Source of the DNA: Patescibacteria group bacterium
GTDB lineage: Bacteria; Patescibacteriota; Patescibacteriia; PEXW01
DNA length: 64,000 nucleotides
NCBI GenBank assembly: GCA_041665345.1
Contig: JBAYJA010000001.1
Location: 73,206 to 137,205, forward strand
Reading direction: 5' to 3'
Below are positions 45,663-56,028 of this stretch, one piece after another (the stretch's first letter is position 1; each line of letters opens with the position of its first letter). Made by a program: the position numbers and the translations under genes. The notes beneath the pieces are model-generated. The model searched no databases and had not been told where the DNA came from. It saw only the letters and a list, made by a program, of their open reading frames with translations.

Positions 45663-48104
45663 ATGCCCAGCCGACGCCTGCCTACCCTCGCCCAGAAACG
45701 GAAGAGTTTTGTTTTGTGGTTTGATGAGATTACCATTGCCGACGTCCCGTTCGTTGGCGGCAAGAACGCCTCCTTGGGCGAAATGTACCGGGATCTGACG
45801 GCTAAGGGTGTGAAAATTCCTAATGGCTTTGCCATCACCGCGTATGCGTACCAGTACCTGTTGGAAAAGGCGGGGATTAAGGATGACATTCGGCGCATTC
45901 TGAAAGATTTAAATGTGAATGATCTGAAGAACTTGTACGAGCGTGGGCGCAAAGTGCGGGAAACCATTTTGAAAGCTGAGCTGCCACCAGAATTGGCGAA
46001 GGAAATTGTGGCTGCCTACAAGAAGTTGTCCCTGCAGTACAAAGTGAAGGCGGTTGATACCGCGGTGCGTTCCAGCGCCACGGCGGAAGATCTGGCCGAT
46101 GCGTCCTTTGCGGGTCAGCAAGAAACCTACCTGAATGTGCACGGTGACCATGCAATTTTGGAAGCGTGCAAGTCATGCTTTGCCTCGCTGTTCACCAACC
46201 GAGCCATAAGCTACCGCACGGAAAAGAAGTTTGACCACTTTAAAGTTTCTCTGTCCATTGGCGTGCAGAAAATGGTGCGGTCAGATTTGGCCGCCAGCGG
46301 CGTTATGTTCTCCATTGATACCGAGTCTGGTTTCCGCGATGCCGTGATGATCAATGCCAGCTACGGCTTGGGTGAGAACATTGTGCAGGGCGCCGTGACC
46401 CCGGATGAGTTCTACGTGCACAAACCCACCTTGATGCAAGGCTACAAGCCAATTGTGGGCAAGCACGTGGGGAGCAAGGAAATTAAAATGATTTACGCCA
46501 GCGGTGGCACCAAGCCAGTGAAGAACGTCCCCGTGTCATTACCCGATCGGCAGCGCTTTGCGATTACTGAACCAGAGATTCTTAAACTCGCACGTTGGGC
46601 CGTGATTATTGAGCAACACTACTCCAAGAAGGCCGGGCACTTTAAACCCATGGACATGGAGTGGGCCAAAGACGGGGAGACGGGCCAACTCTTCATTGTC
46701 CAAGCGCGTCCAGAGACGGTGACCAGCCAACGCAATCCAAACGTATTAGAAACCTACGTGCTGAACAAACGTGGGAAGGTGCTGACCGAAGGGGGCAGCA
46801 TTGGCGCGAAGATTGCCAGTGGGTTGGTGCACGTTATTGAGAATGTAAAAGACATTAGCCAGTTCAAAGCTGGGGAAGTGCTGGTGACGGAAATGACTGA
46901 CCCTGACTGGGAGCCCATCATGAAAAAGGCGGCAGCAATTGTGACCAACTCCGGCGGCCGCACGTGCCACGCAGCCATCATTTCTCGCGAGTTGGGTGTG
47001 CCCTGTGTCGTTGGTACGGGTACTGGCACGTCCGACTTAGCCAAGGCCAAAGATGTTACAGTGTCCTGCGCAGAAGGGGAGAAAGGGTTTGTCTACGCTG
47101 GTAAACTTCCCTTCACCATCAAGCGGACAGATTTGAAGTCTCTGAAGCGGCCACGGACCAAGGTGATGATGAACGTGGGTAACCCCGAGTCTGCCTTCGC
47201 CGACAGTTTCATTCCAAATGATGGCGTGGGTCTTGCCCGTGAAGAGTTTGTGATTAATGACTACATCAAAGTGCACCCCATGGCTCTGCTGAACTTCAGC
47301 AAGGTGAAGGACGCGCACGTGCGCCAGCAGATTGAAACCATCACGGCCGGGTACAGCAGCAAACCCCAGTTCTTCATTGATAAGCTGGCTGAGGGTGTGG
47401 CGCGGATTGCCGCCGCCTTCTACCCCAAGGACGTGATTGTCCGCTTGTCCGACTTCAAAACCAACGAGTACGCTAACCTCATTGGCGGCAAGCCTTTTGA
47501 GCCAATTGAAGATAACCCCATGATTGGCTGGCGCGGCGCGTCACGCTACTACGACCCCAAGTACGAACCCGCGTTCAAGTTGGAGTGTTTGGCCTTGCGA
47601 AAGGTGCGCGACGTGATGGGTTTGAAAAACCTGAAAGTCATGGTGCCGTTCTGCCGCACCGTGGAAGAAGGAAAGAAAGTGATTGCCACCATGAAGAAGT
47701 ACGGCTTGGTGCAGCACAAGGGTGGCTTGGAAGTGTACGTCATGTGCGAAATTCCTTCCAACGTCATTCTCGCGGACGATTTCTCGAAAATCTTCGATGG
47801 CTTCTCCATTGGTTCAAACGATCTTACACAGTTAACGCTTGGCGTAGATCGCGATTCCGCTTTGGTCGCGCATGACTACGATGAGCGGAGTATGGCGGTA
47901 AAAACTCTCGTCTCTCAGGTGATTCGATCTGCCAAGAAGAATAAGCGGAAGATGGGCTTCTGCGGACAGGCACCATCAGACTTTCCAGATTTCGCCCAAT
48001 TTCTGGCGAAGGAGGGGATTGATAGCATTTCCCTCAATCCAGATACTGTGGTGAAGACAACCATCGCCATTGGCCAGGCAGAAAAGAAGGCGCGGAGGAA
48101 GTAG
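45663..48104 (+). CDS. ppsA: Phosphoenolpyruvate synthase
   Basis: VGGKNASLGEM, VRSSATAED, QARPETV, GGRTCHAAIISRE, SIGSNDLTQL. Confidence 0.97.
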   Translation: MPSRRLPTLAQKRKSFVLWFDEITIADVPFVGGKNASLGEMYRDLTAKGVKIPNGFAITAYAYQYLLEKAGIKDDIRRILKDLNVNDLKNLYERGRKVRETILKAELPPELAKEIVAAYKKLSLQYKVKAVDTAVRSSATAEDLADASFAGQQETYLNVHGDHAILEACKSCFASLFTNRAISYRTEKKFDHFKVSLSIGVQKMVRSDLAASGVMFSIDTESGFRDAVMINASYGLGENIVQGAVTPDEFYVHKPTLMQGYKPIVGKHVGSKEIKMIYASGGTKPVKNVPVSLPDRQRFAITEPEILKLARWAVIIEQHYSKKAGHFKPMDMEWAKDGETGQLFIVQARPETVTSQRNPNVLETYVLNKRGKVLTEGGSIGAKIASGLVHVIENVKDISQFKAGEVLVTEMTDPDWEPIMKKAAAIVTNSGGRTCHAAIISRELGVPCVVGTGTGTSDLAKAKDVTVSCAEGEKGFVYAGKLPFTIKRTDLKSLKRPRTKVMMNVGNPESAFADSFIPNDGVGLAREEFVINDYIKVHPMALLNFSKVKDAHVRQQIETITAGYSSKPQFFIDKLAEGVARIAAAFYPKDVIVRLSDFKTNEYANLIGGKPFEPIEDNPMIGWRGASRYYDPKYEPAFKLECLALRKVRDVMGLKNLKVMVPFCRTVEEGKKVIATMKKYGLVQHKGGLEVYVMCEIPSNVILADDFSKIFDGFSIGSNDLTQLTLGVDRDSALVAHDYDERSMAVKTLVSQVIRSAKKNKRKMGFCGQAPSDFPDFAQFLAKEGIDSISLNPDTVVKTTIAIGQAEKKARRK

Positions 48105-48229
48105 GATTCTATATTAAATAAGCAAAGCGTGGCTCTCCGTGGCCACGCTTTTCTGTTTGACATCATCAAGGTAGCCCTGTACTCTTGGTCAAAATAGCCA
48201 AATTGAAAACCGTTTTGAAAGGAGCAATA

Positions 48230-48742
48230 ATGGGTATGTTTTCCAGTGTTCAAGTTATGATACTCGAAAGGCAGTTTCAGGTGCAGCGAGCACTGGCTGA
48301 GCAGGCAATCAAGCAGGTATCGGAAGAGCAGGTCATTGCATTGCTCAATCCAACACAGTTGGAGTCTAACTCCATCCGCATTCTCCAGAAGCACATTGCC
48401 TGGACGCTGTACTTCCGTGCCGCGACAATTTCTGGCAAGGAAATTCAGCCATTTTGCACCCGGGATGAAAGCCTTGTGCTGCTCCCACACGATGATGCCG
48501 CCCGTATTTGGCAAGAGTGGGGCGATGCCTGGTCGCTCATCAACAGGACGTTGCAGGGCTTGAGCATTTCCCGGCTTGCGGAAGAGGTTGATGTGCGTGG
48601 TAAAAATGTTGGCGTGCACGAGGTTGCGCTCATGCTCCTTACGCACGTTTCCCAGCATGTTGGTCAAATCATTATGCTGGCCAAGCACTGGGCGGGAGAA
48701 AGTTGGGTACCGTTGACGGTTGCAAAAACCAAAACTGCATGA
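48230..48742 (+). CDS. DinB/DUF1572-like protein
   Basis: SNSI..L.KH, RD, V.VRG, H...HVGQI..LAK...G..W; AAAGGAG SD. Confidence 0.7.
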   Translation: MGMFSSVQVMILERQFQVQRALAEQAIKQVSEEQVIALLNPTQLESNSIRILQKHIAWTLYFRAATISGKEIQPFCTRDESLVLLPHDDAARIWQEWGDAWSLINRTLQGLSISRLAEEVDVRGKNVGVHEVALMLLTHVSQHVGQIIMLAKHWAGESWVPLTVAKTKTA

Positions 48743-48862
48743 GCGTGGAAGTTCTCATGTTTAAAACCGCAGGAAACAATCCCTGCGGTTTTTTCTATCC
48801 GTCGAGTATGTCTCAGTGTGATTTAACTCTACATGGAGTTCACAATAATAATTGTAGTAATG

Positions 48863-48891
48863 AAAAACGCCTCTCAGGGAGAGGCGTTTTT
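48863..48891. terminator. CGCCTCTC-family terminator, copy 1
   Basis: AAAAACGCCTCTC-agg-GAGAGGCGTTTTT. Confidence 0.8.
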
Positions 48892-48900
48892 ACAAAGTAC

Positions 48901-49485
48901 TTAAACTGGCTCACCAGCAACAATCCATTCCGGATCTTTCAGTCGTCCGAATTTGATCTCCAACTTTGGTGGCAATTTCCACTCATTGCAAAGTTTTTCT
49001 ATGACGTGATCCCAAATGGCCGGCACCTTCATTTCCGGGTTGAGCGCTTGCCACTCTCCAAAACGGCAGGCGAAGAGGCCATCCGAACGCGTTTCGACTC
49101 GGAACGCGTGGTACCTTGGCGTCTTATGTAGTTGACTATCAGTCGTGCCAACCCACCCATGACGGTCAAGGGCTTTCTGGTAGCAGGAGGGACACGTTTG
49201 GTGAAGTTCGGAGTAGGTGTCGAATCTGTAGCATGAATTTTCGTACCCGCAGCTTTCCTCTCGCACACCTTCCAGGAGGATCAGCTGACCTTCTCCTTTA
49301 AAAATTTCGTGGCATTCTGTGCACCAGAAGAGCTGTTTACGTTTGAACTCTTTGTCAAAGTGGGATCGCCGTGCCTGGTTGTACTCGTTGATGGTCTGCG
49401 TCAGAGCATCTTCTGCTTGTTCAAGAAGCTGGGATTGCGTTCTGGCTTGTTCCCGCAAAACCTGTAGATTCTCAAGGTTTTCCAT
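48901..49485 (-). CDS. Hypothetical Cys-rich (possible Zn-binding) protein
   Basis: N-terminal coiled coil, CTEC, CGYENSC, CPSC. Confidence 0.7.
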   Translation of the reverse strand: MENLENLQVLREQARTQSQLLEQAEDALTQTINEYNQARRSHFDKEFKRKQLFWCTECHEIFKGEGQLILLEGVREESCGYENSCYRFDTYSELHQTCPSCYQKALDRHGWVGTTDSQLHKTPRYHAFRVETRSDGLFACRFGEWQALNPEMKVPAIWDHVIEKLCNEWKLPPKLEIKFGRLKDPEWIVAGEPV

Positions 49486-49560
49486 GATTTTTTCCTTTCT
49501 CCAATGTTTCCTTTTTCGCGACTAATCTAACACAGCCCTGCGTGCCTTGCAAGCAAAAAG

Positions 49561-49587
49561 AAAACGCCTCTCCGGTAGGGGAGGCGT
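49561..49587 (-). terminator. CGCCTCTC-family terminator, copy 2
   Basis: AAAACGCCTCTCC-ggta-GGGGAGGCGT. Confidence 0.75.
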
Positions 49588-49612
49588 CATTAGGAAGAGC
49601 TTGTGTGATTTT

Positions 49613-50122
49613 TTACTGCTGCGGTTCTTTCGGTTTGCCGAATATGGCCACATCTTTCAGTCTCCAAAGGAGGGGGCTGGTCCTTGAGCAGTAGCTTGTA
49701 CCAAGAATCTTGTCGTCAGGGTTCAGGCGCCCATCATCGGGTAGTGATAATTGCGCCCCATCCTTTGTGCCCCACCCAGCTGCAGTTTCTTCATACGCGT
49801 AGACAAGGTACGTTTCACCTTCTATGAAATCATAACCGTCGCATGAGCATCGGTTTTCAACCGTATGCAACGTCATGCTGACACGCGCATTGCCCTTCCA
49901 GTAGGCACCTACTTGGAAGTGTACAATGGTGCGTGGTTCATCACAGCCAATCCCAGTTGAGTCATCGACGTAGATAACCTTCGTGACTTTGCCGGCAAAG
50001 ATTACGTCAGCGTCCTTGTACGATTCCTGAGCAGACGGAGGTATGCATGAGCACGCCTGCGCAGTGAGCGGGAAGGCAAGAAGCACCAGCATCAAACCTA
50101 TAAGTACCTTTTTCATCTTCAC
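49613..50122 (-). CDS. Secreted TIMP/NTR-like protein
   Basis: Signal peptide then ACSC, AD.IF.GKV, CDGY.F..GETYLVYA, CSRT. Confidence 0.7.
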   Translation of the reverse strand: MKMKKVLIGLMLVLLAFPLTAQACSCIPPSAQESYKDADVIFAGKVTKVIYVDDSTGIGCDEPRTIVHFQVGAYWKGNARVSMTLHTVENRCSCDGYDFIEGETYLVYAYEETAAGWGTKDGAQLSLPDDGRLNPDDKILGTSYCSRTSPLLWRLKDVAIFGKPKEPQQ

Positions 50123-50206
50123 TCCTCTTGTTTTTGGTGGTTCACCTTTTTTGGATTTGCATAGCTTAACAAGATGCCCGAGTATACGTCAAGCATAGGT
50201 TTTGAG

Positions 50207-50238
50207 AAAAGCGCCTTTCCGGTTGGAAAGGCGCTTTT
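50207..50238. terminator. CGCCTCTC-family terminator, copy 3
   Basis: AAAAGCGCCTTTCC-ggtt-GGAAAGGCGCTTTT. Confidence 0.8.
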
Positions 50239-50296
50239 GAAAAGTACGCTGGGTTAACATGCCGGACGTCCGGAGCAGCTTTCAGTGAAAGAACTG

Positions 50297-50650
50297 CTAC
50301 TCGTTTACGTCTGGATGGTAGTCGGGATCGGGTTTTGCTCGTTTGCGTCCGAACTCCTTTTTCAGTGCCGTCTGCTTCTCCGCTAAGTAGTGTTCCCAGT
50401 TGAAGCTATTGGGAATTTTTTTCACGGAGACGTAGTGGACTTTTTTGCCTCCGCTAATGCCTGGCTCTACCTTCGTCACCGTTGCGCGACCCCCTTGGAT
50501 ATCATCACGTCCATGCGAGAGGTAGAGTTGCGTTGGTACGTAAATGGTGTCACCAGGCTTTGGAACTGGCAGGGTGGCAACTGCGGCCTTTCTCTCATTG
50601 ACACGACGCGGTTTCCTCACACTTTGAAGTTTCTGCTGACTCGTATGCAT
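50297..50650 (-). CDS. Hypothetical basic protein
   Basis: 117 aa directly downstream of guaA. Confidence 0.65.
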   Translation of the reverse strand: MHTSQQKLQSVRKPRRVNERKAAVATLPVPKPGDTIYVPTQLYLSHGRDDIQGGRATVTKVEPGISGGKKVHYVSVKKIPNSFNWEHYLAEKQTALKKEFGRKRAKPDPDYHPDVNE

Positions 50651-50692
50651 TGGTATTTCTCCTTATCCTGTTTTTCGTCTAGTTCGTTTTGG

Positions 50693-52309
50693 TTACCCGC
50701 GTTCAATGGTCCGTGGAGGTTTGTCTGAAGTGTTGAAGCAGACTGCACCAATTTCCCGAATTTCGTTCGTCATGCGGCGGGAGATGGTTTTCATTACCTC
50801 CCAGGGAATTTCTGCGGCCTGGGCAGTGAACCCATTCACGCTCCAGAATGCCCAGCACTCCGCGACAAGTCCGAAATCTGCGCCGTCACCTTTCGTGCAC
50901 TTGGTGACTGAGTGGGTAAGAAAAACACCGGCCTGCCAGATGCTTTCATACAGCCCAGCTTTTCGGATTTCTTCCATGAAGATATCATCAAGGACTCGGG
51001 CGATACCCAGTTTGTCTTTTGTGATATCACCTTCTATGCGAAGAATGAGGCCAGGACCCGGGAATGGATGCCGGAGCAGGAGTGCTTCAGGCACGCCCAC
51101 TGCACGGCCGATGTTCCGGCCCGTGTCCTTCACCTGGTCAGCGAGTGGGGTGACTTCGGGTACGGAGAATTGCAAGCCCACATTGTGGTGCTGCTTGATA
51201 CGCGCCTTGGTGGCGCCGCTGTCGTAGCCTTCACCGCTCTCGGAAATGTCGGTGTAGAGCGTGCCCTGCGCAATAACGTTGGCACGCCAGCGCTCTGCCT
51301 CTGCTTCGAGCACTGCTTTGTACACATTCCGCATCGCCTCCCGCTTCTTTTCCATTGTGGTGACACCTTTGAGTGCCTCCAGAAATTGCTCGGTTGCATC
51401 TACAACCGTCAGTTGGAGCCAAGGTTGCTGGCCGAAAAACTCGCGGACGTGGGCTTCGTCATCTGGACGGTCGATACCCTTGATGTAGACACCAACAATC
51501 TGGATTGGGAGGGTCGCTCGTATCCGGGCAGCTTTCAGCAAGTATGCCACTGTGGAAGAGTCGGTTCCACCCGAGAGTGCAAGGAGAATTATTTTCCCAG
51601 CCAGCGTTTGGGCGAGGTGTGCAATTTTTTCCTGACTGACATCGCCGGCCGGGAACGTGTCCTTCGCCCCACAGATGGTGAAGCAGAAGTTTTCAAAAAG
51701 TTCCAGCCCATGTTCCGTGTCGCTGACCTCCGGGTGAAACTGGACGCCCCAGAGGTGCTGGTGGTGGCCGGCGGCCACGGGTGCGTGCTCGGTGGATCCC
51801 AGAATTTCCAAGTCCGGGTGAGGGAGAATTCGATCGCCGTGGCTCTCCAGCACCTGGAAACCAGTGCTGTACGTTATGCCCCCAATGAGTGGCGAGCTAT
51901 GGTCGGCAATGGTCAGTAGGTGGACGCCGAATTCCCGTTTGTCTGCTGGTTGTACTTGCACGCCGAGGTGCTGCGCCCAGAGTTGGAAGCCCAAGCAAAT
52001 ACCGAAGACCGGAATCCCGAGGTCGAAGATTGCCGCATCGAACGGCGGGGGATCGGTGTGCACTGAAGCAGGGCCGCCGGAGAGAATGATGCCGATAGGC
52101 TTGAGTAAGCGGACGTCATTGGCCGTGACGCGGGCTGGATCAGCCACGAGGCAGAAAACGCCAAGCTCATCGAGTTTTTGCTTGATGAGGTGGTCGAACT
52201 GACTGCCGAGTGCAAAAAGGAGGAAGACTTCCTGAGTGCGCCGAATGCCCATTTCTTTGGCAATTTCCCCTAAGGTTTCCGGAGTGACCTGGGTGAGTGT
52301 GCTAATCAT
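50693..52309 (-). CDS. guaA: GMP synthase (glutamine-hydrolysing), divergent
   Basis: ILSGGPASV, GICLG, SHGD, QFHPEV, LSGGTDS, IKQHHNVG, RHPFPGPGL, KPPRTIE. Confidence 0.93.
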   Translation of the reverse strand: MISTLTQVTPETLGEIAKEMGIRRTQEVFLLFALGSQFDHLIKQKLDELGVFCLVADPARVTANDVRLLKPIGIILSGGPASVHTDPPPFDAAIFDLGIPVFGICLGFQLWAQHLGVQVQPADKREFGVHLLTIADHSSPLIGGITYSTGFQVLESHGDRILPHPDLEILGSTEHAPVAAGHHQHLWGVQFHPEVSDTEHGLELFENFCFTICGAKDTFPAGDVSQEKIAHLAQTLAGKIILLALSGGTDSSTVAYLLKAARIRATLPIQIVGVYIKGIDRPDDEAHVREFFGQQPWLQLTVVDATEQFLEALKGVTTMEKKREAMRNVYKAVLEAEAERWRANVIAQGTLYTDISESGEGYDSGATKARIKQHHNVGLQFSVPEVTPLADQVKDTGRNIGRAVGVPEALLLRHPFPGPGLILRIEGDITKDKLGIARVLDDIFMEEIRKAGLYESIWQAGVFLTHSVTKCTKGDGADFGLVAECWAFWSVNGFTAQAAEIPWEVMKTISRRMTNEIREIGAVCFNTSDKPPRTIERG

Positions 52310-52676
52310 TGTGTACCTTTCTGTATCTATAGTTCATTCATTTCGTTGTCAAAGGTCGATACCTCACTGTACGAAGTGAGCTACGGGATGTCAACTTCGT
52401 TGGGTGGGAGGTCGGGGTATGGATGCTAGTTTGGTGAAGATGTTGAAGGGTAGGGTTTTGTGTAATAGCCATTTTTCCATACCCTTTTCCCTAACTAGCT
52501 TCTCCTCCCAAGTACCTTCACCCCCCGCTTCCTTGACGAATTCCCTCCACGGGCGTAGGTTGGGATATCCGCACGTGTGTTTCTTTTTGCCAAGGAAGGA
52601 GGGAAGCCGACATAAAGATGACACGTTGTGGCGATGGGAGTAACTGATAAAAAACAAACATCCAGGAGGGAATGCT

Positions 52677-52946
52677 TTGCAAAAAAAAGTAGGCGACCAG
52701 AGTAGTTACGATCGCATTGCCGGGTTACGGAAGATTGACCGCGGCTTCTCATTTCAACCAAATGGCAAGCCAGATGAGCACAGGCTTGTTGCTCAAGCAG
52801 ACACTTTTGTGTCCGATCCCAAAAAGCTCCAGGAAGCGGCGGAAAAATTTTCCGTCAAATGCGCTGTGAAACCCAGAGGGTTTGTAGTGCTGCATGGCAA
52901 AGACAATGCGATCATCGCTGCTGTGGAGTTTGCACAGCAAGTTTGA
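52677..52946 (+). CDS. Hypothetical protein
   Basis: AGGAGG 7 nt before TTG, terminator at about 52965..52997. Confidence 0.55.
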   Translation: MQKKVGDQSSYDRIAGLRKIDRGFSFQPNGKPDEHRLVAQADTFVSDPKKLQEAAEKFSVKCAVKPRGFVVLHGKDNAIIAAVEFAQQV

Positions 52947-53053
52947 AACTAAAAAAGTACCTTTCCCCCACCAAGCAATTGGTGGGGTGATTTTTTTACT
53001 ACCGTTAATGAAAAACGCCACCTCATAAACGTGAAGTGGCGCGTGAGCTGGGA

Positions 53054-53326
53054 TTATCGGAAGATGTACTTTTGAAAGAAATCACCAATCCAGTGTTGGT
53101 TTGATGCAAAGTAGTAGGTGACCCACATACTCGCATTGCCGATAACGAGGACGAAGACAAATGCTACTGTAAAGATCTGTCCTATCTCTTGCTGGCTCCA
53201 GTCTCGGAATCTGAGGAGTGCCAGGATAAGGCACAATACACTGATTCCAATGAGCACTGGCAATGCCAGGAAGTACCCTAGGACAAAGCCAACCAGAATT
53301 GGGCCACCCCAAAAGAGTAAAGTCAT
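53054..53326 (-). CDS. Small membrane protein (inserted unit)
   Basis: Three hydrophobic segments, TTGACA-16-TATGGT promoter, terminator 53011..53041. Confidence 0.65.
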   Translation of the reverse strand: MTLLFWGGPILVGFVLGYFLALPVLIGISVLCLILALLRFRDWSQQEIGQIFTVAFVFVLVIGNASMWVTYYFASNQHWIGDFFQKYIFR

Positions 53327-53552
53327 TCCACTTCCCTTCTATTGAAGAACGTTTTTTTGAGATGCTTTTAATGCGATACCATAGCACGCTCCCTCTGTGT
53401 GTCAAGTATCATTCTGGAATCACGTGATTTGATCATTCCATTACAAGCAGAAACAGGCATGGCATATTTTTTTCGACCTTGGAAAAGTCGCCCCGTCATC
53501 CGACGGGGCAAGCATATCCCGCGAAGCGCGACCTCATCAAGCGGGGATAGCT

Positions 53553-55367
53553 TTACTGTCCCGCTTCCAACTGGATAAAGAGTCTGGCCAGGCGGAGCTC
53601 TTCGTAGGTAAAATGTTCGCCCAAGATTTCCCGAACCGGGGAGAGTAACCAGCTCTTGGATTTTTTGAATGCTTGGGCAATTTCCTGGAGATCATTGGCA
53701 TGTGGCCGGAGGTACTCCACGTCGATATTTTTTCGAGTTTGAAGTAACTTCTCAATATGACCCACAATCGTGGTCGGGGACATACCCCGTCGACGAGCGA
53801 TTTCCGTAAGCGGTAATTTTTGGCGAAGCAATTCTTGCGTCGCGGTATAGGTTGTACCAAGCAGCGCAACCTTTGGTGTTCGAGCCAGAGCTGGTTCACT
53901 CCTGGCTTTTTCCGTTATATGCTTTTGCTTGGCGTATGCCTGAATGGCACGCACGAACGTCTCACCCAATTCTTGTAGCTTCCGCTGACCCACGCCGTAC
54001 ACGCGGGCAAAGCTCCCTAGACTTTGGGGGAAGTACGTCGCCATATCTTGGAGACTCTTGTCCCCAAAAATCACAAATGGTGGAACGCCATGTACATCGG
54101 CTAAACGTTTGCGCAGCGCCCGCAGTTCCTCGAAGAGTTCAGCATCATAGGCAGCTGGCGCATCAGCAACACCCTGGGTTTGTAGCGCAGGGACACATAG
54201 GTCGCAAGCGCCACAATTTTTGGTTGGCCAGCTTTCCCCAAAGTACTCCAGCAGGTATTTTCGGCGGCAGGTGTGCCCGTCGCAGTAGGCAACAACTTGT
54301 TGCAGTTTGTGCTCCACTTGTTGGCGTTCGGCAGGATCCGCAATTTGCTGGCTGAAGAAGCGGTGCTTCCGTGTGTCCCCGTAGGAGTAGTAGAGAATGC
54401 ACTGGCTGGGTAAACCGTCCCGCCCGGCGCGGCCAGTTTCCTGGTAGTACCCTTCAATGGACTTCGGCAGGTCGTAGTGGACAATCAACCGGACATCCGG
54501 TTTATCAATACCCATGCCAAAGGCAATGGTGGCAACGATGATCCGGACTTCATCGCGGATAAATTGTTCTTGGGTAGCCTGGCGAAGTGTCGGCTCTAAC
54601 CCAGCGTGGTAGGGCAAAGCCGAAAAACCCTGCTCGCGCAGATTCGCCGCCAGATTTTCGGTGTCCTTGCGGGAGAAGCAGTAAATAATCGCGCTGCCTG
54701 TGCTGTGGTGCAGCACGTCCACCAGTGCAGCAAAGGTTTGGTGCTTGGGGCGCACTAGGTAGGTGAGGTTGGGTCGGTTGAAGCTGGAGACAAAAAATTT
54801 TGGCGACCGCAGCGCCAGCTGTTTGATAATATCCTCGCGCACTCGTTCCGTGGCAGTAGCGGTTAAGGCAATGACGGGAACGTCTGGAAAATCTTGGCGC
54901 AGTTGGACTAAGTTTCGATAGTCAGGCCGGAAGTCATGCCCCCATTCAGAAATGCAGTGTGCTTCGTCCACAGCTATGTACGAAACAGCAACATCCTGTA
55001 ACCATTCCCGGAAGTAGGGGAGCGCCAGACGTTCGGGTGCCAGGTACAGAATTTTTAACCCCCCGGTCTCCACCTGGGTTTGCACCTGCCGAATCGTTTC
55101 AGCATCCAAAGTACTGTTAATAAACGCGGCGGCAATCCCATTCGCGCGCAGGGCGTCCACCTGGTCTTTCATCAACGAGATGAGCGGGGAAATAACCACA
55201 GTTACCCCATCCACCATGAGCGCGGGTAGCTGAAAACACAGCGACTTACCGCCACCAGTGGGCATGAGTACCAACGTATCCTGCTTTTGCAAAACCTGGG
55301 TGATGATTTCCTCCTGCAAGGGTCGGAACGCCTGGAACCCAAAATGTTTTTTCAATAATGCGTGCAT
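53553..55367 (-). CDS. recQ: ATP-dependent DNA helicase RecQ with HRDC domain
   Basis: [42 protein letters not shown]. Confidence 0.96.
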   Translation of the reverse strand: MHALLKKHFGFQAFRPLQEEIITQVLQKQDTLVLMPTGGGKSLCFQLPALMVDGVTVVISPLISLMKDQVDALRANGIAAAFINSTLDAETIRQVQTQVETGGLKILYLAPERLALPYFREWLQDVAVSYIAVDEAHCISEWGHDFRPDYRNLVQLRQDFPDVPVIALTATATERVREDIIKQLALRSPKFFVSSFNRPNLTYLVRPKHQTFAALVDVLHHSTGSAIIYCFSRKDTENLAANLREQGFSALPYHAGLEPTLRQATQEQFIRDEVRIIVATIAFGMGIDKPDVRLIVHYDLPKSIEGYYQETGRAGRDGLPSQCILYYSYGDTRKHRFFSQQIADPAERQQVEHKLQQVVAYCDGHTCRRKYLLEYFGESWPTKNCGACDLCVPALQTQGVADAPAAYDAELFEELRALRKRLADVHGVPPFVIFGDKSLQDMATYFPQSLGSFARVYGVGQRKLQELGETFVRAIQAYAKQKHITEKARSEPALARTPKVALLGTTYTATQELLRQKLPLTEIARRRGMSPTTIVGHIEKLLQTRKNIDVEYLRPHANDLQEIAQAFKKSKSWLLSPVREILGEHFTYEELRLARLFIQLEAGQ

Positions 55368-55465
55368 AGTACAGACTTATGAATGAATCGCGAAATGAGT
55401 GTCTACTCGGTACAGAGAAGGGTAACGGATGGGTGGAAAGTTGGCAAGGCAGACGATTTTTCTTC

Positions 55466-55532
55466 GGGGCCCCCACAGATGTGGCGCGCAGTCCCGCTGC
55501 GGGACGAGCACGCGTCTGTGGGGTCAAGCGAG
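55466..55532. repeat. Covarying hairpin element, copy 2
   Basis: GGGGCCCCCACAGATGTGGCGCG-hairpin-GAGCACGCGTCTGTGGGGTCAAGCGAG. Confidence 0.75.
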
Positions 55533-55655
55533 GCTTCGTGGGAACGGTGGAGCGGGATGCGCAAAAAGCGCGTCACGCGGAACTGTGACCACGAAACGAG
55601 CTGCCCTGAACCACTCCTCGCCCGACTCATCGGTTGCAGGGCATGAACCAGGACT

Positions 55656-55754
55656 GGCTTGCCAGCCGTAGCTCTTCCAACATACTCTATGTCCTCCTTC
55701 GCTAGGAGCTTCGGAGGACAGCCTTCGTCCTCAACAAAGCTTGAGAGCGAAGGC
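55656..55754 (-). repeat. 99-bp tRNA 3' trailer element, copy 2
   Basis: Abuts tRNA-Ser CCA; same length and architecture as 25051..25149. Confidence 0.8.
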
Positions 55755-55842
55755 TGGCGGAAGGGGCGAGATTCGAACTCGCGATACCTTTCGGTATACT
55801 CGCTTTCCAAGCGAGCGCACTCGGCCACTATGCGACCCTTCC
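55755..55842 (-). tRNA. tRNA-Ser(GGA)
   Basis: GGAAGGG acceptor, CTCGC-TTGGAAA-GCGAG anticodon arm, long variable arm, GTTCGAATC, GCCA end. Confidence 0.96.
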
Positions 55843-55888
55843 ACGAAATGCGAATGTAGCATACCTGGCGATTTGAGCAAGGGCAACT

Positions 55889-55941
55889 GCTATACTTTGG
55901 GCATGCCACAATGCACCTGGCTAGGCGAAGATTCGCCTTAA
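55889..55941 (+). pseudogene. Duplicated, truncated 5' end of tag (MPQCTWLGEDSP*)
   Basis: 37/46 identical without gaps to 56560..56605, including the -10 box and ATG. Confidence 0.7.
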
Positions 55942-56028
55942 CTCATGGTTAAAGGAGGTTTTGACGCCTGGGCATTCATATGATAAGGTGTCGAGCATTA
56001 ATAAGAAACCCGAATAGTAGGAGAAAAT

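Noticed and set aside
52310-52400. Purine riboswitch upstream of guaA
   Set aside because: The leader is short and lacks the purine aptamer core; only promoter, boxA-like and SD motifs are seen.
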